Part shown: piece after piece, positions 8,942 to 10,576 of the stretch
How positions within the stretch are numbered: the first letter of the stretch is position 1
Layout of the letters: each line of letters opens with the position of its first letter
Assembly: GCA_016926735.1 (NCBI GenBank)
Contig: JAFGOA010000009.1
Location: 1-10,576, forward strand
Direction: 5' to 3'
DNA: 10,576 bases
Source of the DNA: Promethearchaeota archaeon
GTDB lineage: Archaea; Asgardarchaeota; Lokiarchaeia; Sigyniarchaeales; SOKP01
Made by a program: the position numbers and the translations under genes
Notes under the pieces: generated by a model
The model's database searches: none
What the model saw: the letters and a program-made list of their open reading frames with translations, nothing else
What the model was told of the DNA's origin: nothing

Positions 8942-9167
8942 ATCAAAAATTTATAAATAATAGATTTTGGACTATTATAGTTTTATATTCAAAACTTTAT
9001 TCTATAATTTAAACTTTAAATTAAAATAAAAATATTTAAAAGAGTTATTGTATATATGTTATTGTATAATTGTAATGTTTAAGTTTACATTATATTTTGT
9101 TGAAATTCAATACATATGATTATATAAAAAAAATCAGCAATATACATAAATTATTTTATATGAGGGT

Positions 9168-10070
9168 ATGAAAATGGAATCAAAACTTCAAGATTTTCAA
9201 GCAAATGTTTGTCCAGAATGTAAAGGATTGATAATATCTATAGATAATACTGGAGATGTATTATGCAGTAATTGTGGTTTGGTTTTAAATGAGAAAGTTG
9301 TTGATTTCACCAATAGTGGAAAACGAGCATATACAAAACAAGAGAAAGCATCAAGAGATAGATTAGGCTCACCTATTACTAATTTAACACCTGATCTTAA
9401 ATTAACTACTGTTATAGATCGAAAAGAAATTTTAAATCCTGATCTCAAAAGAGCAGCAAAATGGGATACTAGGATGCCTTGGTCTAAAAGAAATTTATTA
9501 ATTGCTACTACAGAATTAAAAAGAATAAGTAGTAATTTAGACCTACCTCAACATATAAAAACAGAAGCTATGAAAGTATATAGAGAAGCATTTAAAAACA
9601 AATTACTGAGAGGAAGATCTATAAACTCAATGATTGCTGCTTCAATTTATTATGCTTGTAGAATTAAAAAAGTGCCAATTACTCTTCAAGAAATTTTAGG
9701 TCAGTCTGATGATAATGATAAAGATGTAAGAAGAGCTTATCGTGCATTAATTAAAGAGCTAAAATTAAAAGCCCCAAATACTAATCCTCGTTCATTAATT
9801 CCAAAATTCATAGCAGAATTAAATTTAAATAATGAAGTTGAAAGAATTGCAGATAAAATTGTTGATACTTTTTCAAATCACTTTCCTATAAGTGGAAAGG
9901 ATCCAAAAGGAATCTGTGCTGGAGCAATATATATTGCTACTAGGTTAAAAAATCTTGATTTTACTCAAAAAGAAATTGCTGAGAAAATAGGAATTACAGA
10001 AATTACACTTCGTTCTCGTTATAAAGAATTAAAAACTAAATTAAATATAAAATTTCCAAGTCTAAACTAA
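9168..10070 (+). CDS. tfb: Transcription initiation factor IIB (TFB), divergent paralog-like
   Basis: Zn ribbon CPEC...CSNCG and two cyclin-like repeats (LLRGRS...AASIYYACR; GKDPKGICAGAIYIA). C-terminal HTH TQKEIAEKIGITEITLRSRYKEL. The true start may be the ATG at 9174, given the GAGGGT at 9162-9167. Confidence 0.96.
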   Translation: MKMESKLQDFQANVCPECKGLIISIDNTGDVLCSNCGLVLNEKVVDFTNSGKRAYTKQEKASRDRLGSPITNLTPDLKLTTVIDRKEILNPDLKRAAKWDTRMPWSKRNLLIATTELKRISSNLDLPQHIKTEAMKVYREAFKNKLLRGRSINSMIAASIYYACRIKKVPITLQEILGQSDDNDKDVRRAYRALIKELKLKAPNTNPRSLIPKFIAELNLNNEVERIADKIVDTFSNHFPISGKDPKGICAGAIYIATRLKNLDFTQKEIAEKIGITEITLRSRYKELKTKLNIKFPSLN

Positions 10071-10132
10071 ATATATTTTATATTTTTACGGTTTTGAAAG
10101 AATTAATTGAAGATTTAATTTAAATAAGCACT

Positions 10133-10170
10133 ATAAACTACTCAAAGAAGTCTTTTTTAGTAGTATTTAT
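10133..10170. other. Imperfect inverted repeat between tfb and the IS remnant (terminator or element-end structure)
   Basis: ACTACT-c-AAAGA-ag-TCTTT-ttt-AGTAGT, extendable with ATAAA/TTTAT. Confidence 0.35.
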
Positions 10171-10266
10171 TGTTATCATTAATAAAGTATCATCTAGTAA
10201 ACTAATAAATCTCAATAGTGTTTGTATATAAATACGATACTTTTCAATAATAGTATAATGAAATGA

Positions 10267-10407
10267 TCCGAAGTTGGAAATGAGAAGGTAGATTCCAAAG
10301 AAGTCATGGAAGAAATTATATCTTTAATGCATTATTTTGCTATGAAGATGTATAGCAAGCGAAAAAAATCATTAATTCACCAATTAACTTCTCAAGATGG
10401 TGCTTAA
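10267..10407 (+). pseudogene. tnpA: IS607-family transposase TnpA (serine recombinase), C-terminal remnant
   Basis: Manual translation gives SEVGNEKVDSKEVMEEIISLMHYFAMKMYSKRKKSLIHQLTSQDGA*. This matches the recalled IS607 TnpA C-terminal helix pattern (SEVG..K.DS.E..EEIISL.H...MK.YSKRK). An in-frame TGA lies at 10264-10266, and the HTH and catalytic YARVS regions are absent. Confidence 0.8.
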
Positions 10408-10576
10408 GTGAAATTAACTGAGATCATTCAGGTAAAGAAATCAAAAGAACTCTCTCTGCTCTGCCATTTAGCTAAAAATCTTTATAACTTAGCAAATTTC
10501 CATTATCGTCAATTCTTTTTTCATTTGGATGAATTTATTAATTACTATGATCTACAAATCATCCTAAAAGATCATG
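10408..10576 (+). CDS. tnpB: TnpB (InsQ/OrfB) RNA-guided endonuclease, N-terminal 56 codons, truncated by the window edge
   Basis: A GTG start follows the tnpA TAA directly, with GGTG at 10399-10402. The frame is open to the window end: MKLTEIIQVKKSKELSLLCHLAKNLYNLANFHYRQFFFHLDEFINYYDLQIILKDH. 'LC..AKNLYN.AN...RQ.FF....Y.DL...LK' is characteristic of TnpB N-termini. Confidence 0.85.
   Translation, partial: MKLTEIIQVKKSKELSLLCHLAKNLYNLANFHYRQFFFHLDEFINYYDLQIILKDH

Larger units (their letters stand above)
10258..10576 (+). mobile_element. Non-autonomous IS607-family element (deleted tnpA + tnpB); left end lies somewhere upstream (about 10071-10257, not resolved)
   Basis: The tnpA remnant sits immediately upstream of a co-oriented tnpB, the canonical IS607 gene order. 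Confidence 0.75.

Noticed and set aside
9197-9448. 83-aa minus-strand ORF
   Set aside because: Antisense shadow of tfb.
10071-10257. Possible CRISPR array, or a defined IS607 left end (GG at 10090-10091, TAAACTA x2)
   Set aside because: No regularly spaced repeats. The short matches are expected in AT-rich DNA, so the element boundary cannot be fixed without other copies.

Overview
Very AT-rich archaeal DNA. The archaeal call rests on a TFB gene, GGTGA-type ribosome-binding sites, BRE/TATA-like promoter elements and oligo-T terminators. An Asgard/Lokiarchaeia-like host is an inference from the low GC, the archaeal-type DnaK and the divergent TFB. In order, the window holds: an MFS transporter (+); a flavodoxin-domain protein (-); a class I SAM methyltransferase (-); a divergently transcribed chaperone cluster dnaK - class B (zinc-finger-less) dnaJ - clpB with no grpE or known repressor gene; a small two-TM membrane protein; and a TFB with a non-canonical B-reader/B-linker. 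The ORF track missed a mobile element at the right edge: the C-terminal 46 codons of an IS607-family TnpA followed immediately, in frame, by the start of a TnpB RNA-guided nuclease gene that runs off the window. The dnaK leader carries two interlocked inverted repeats at the predicted transcription start plus a further hairpin. A TTGTAATGT...ACATTAT motif is shared between the dnaK and tfb upstream regions, hinting at an undescribed archaeal heat-shock regulon. No database searches were run; family assignments come from recalled motifs.
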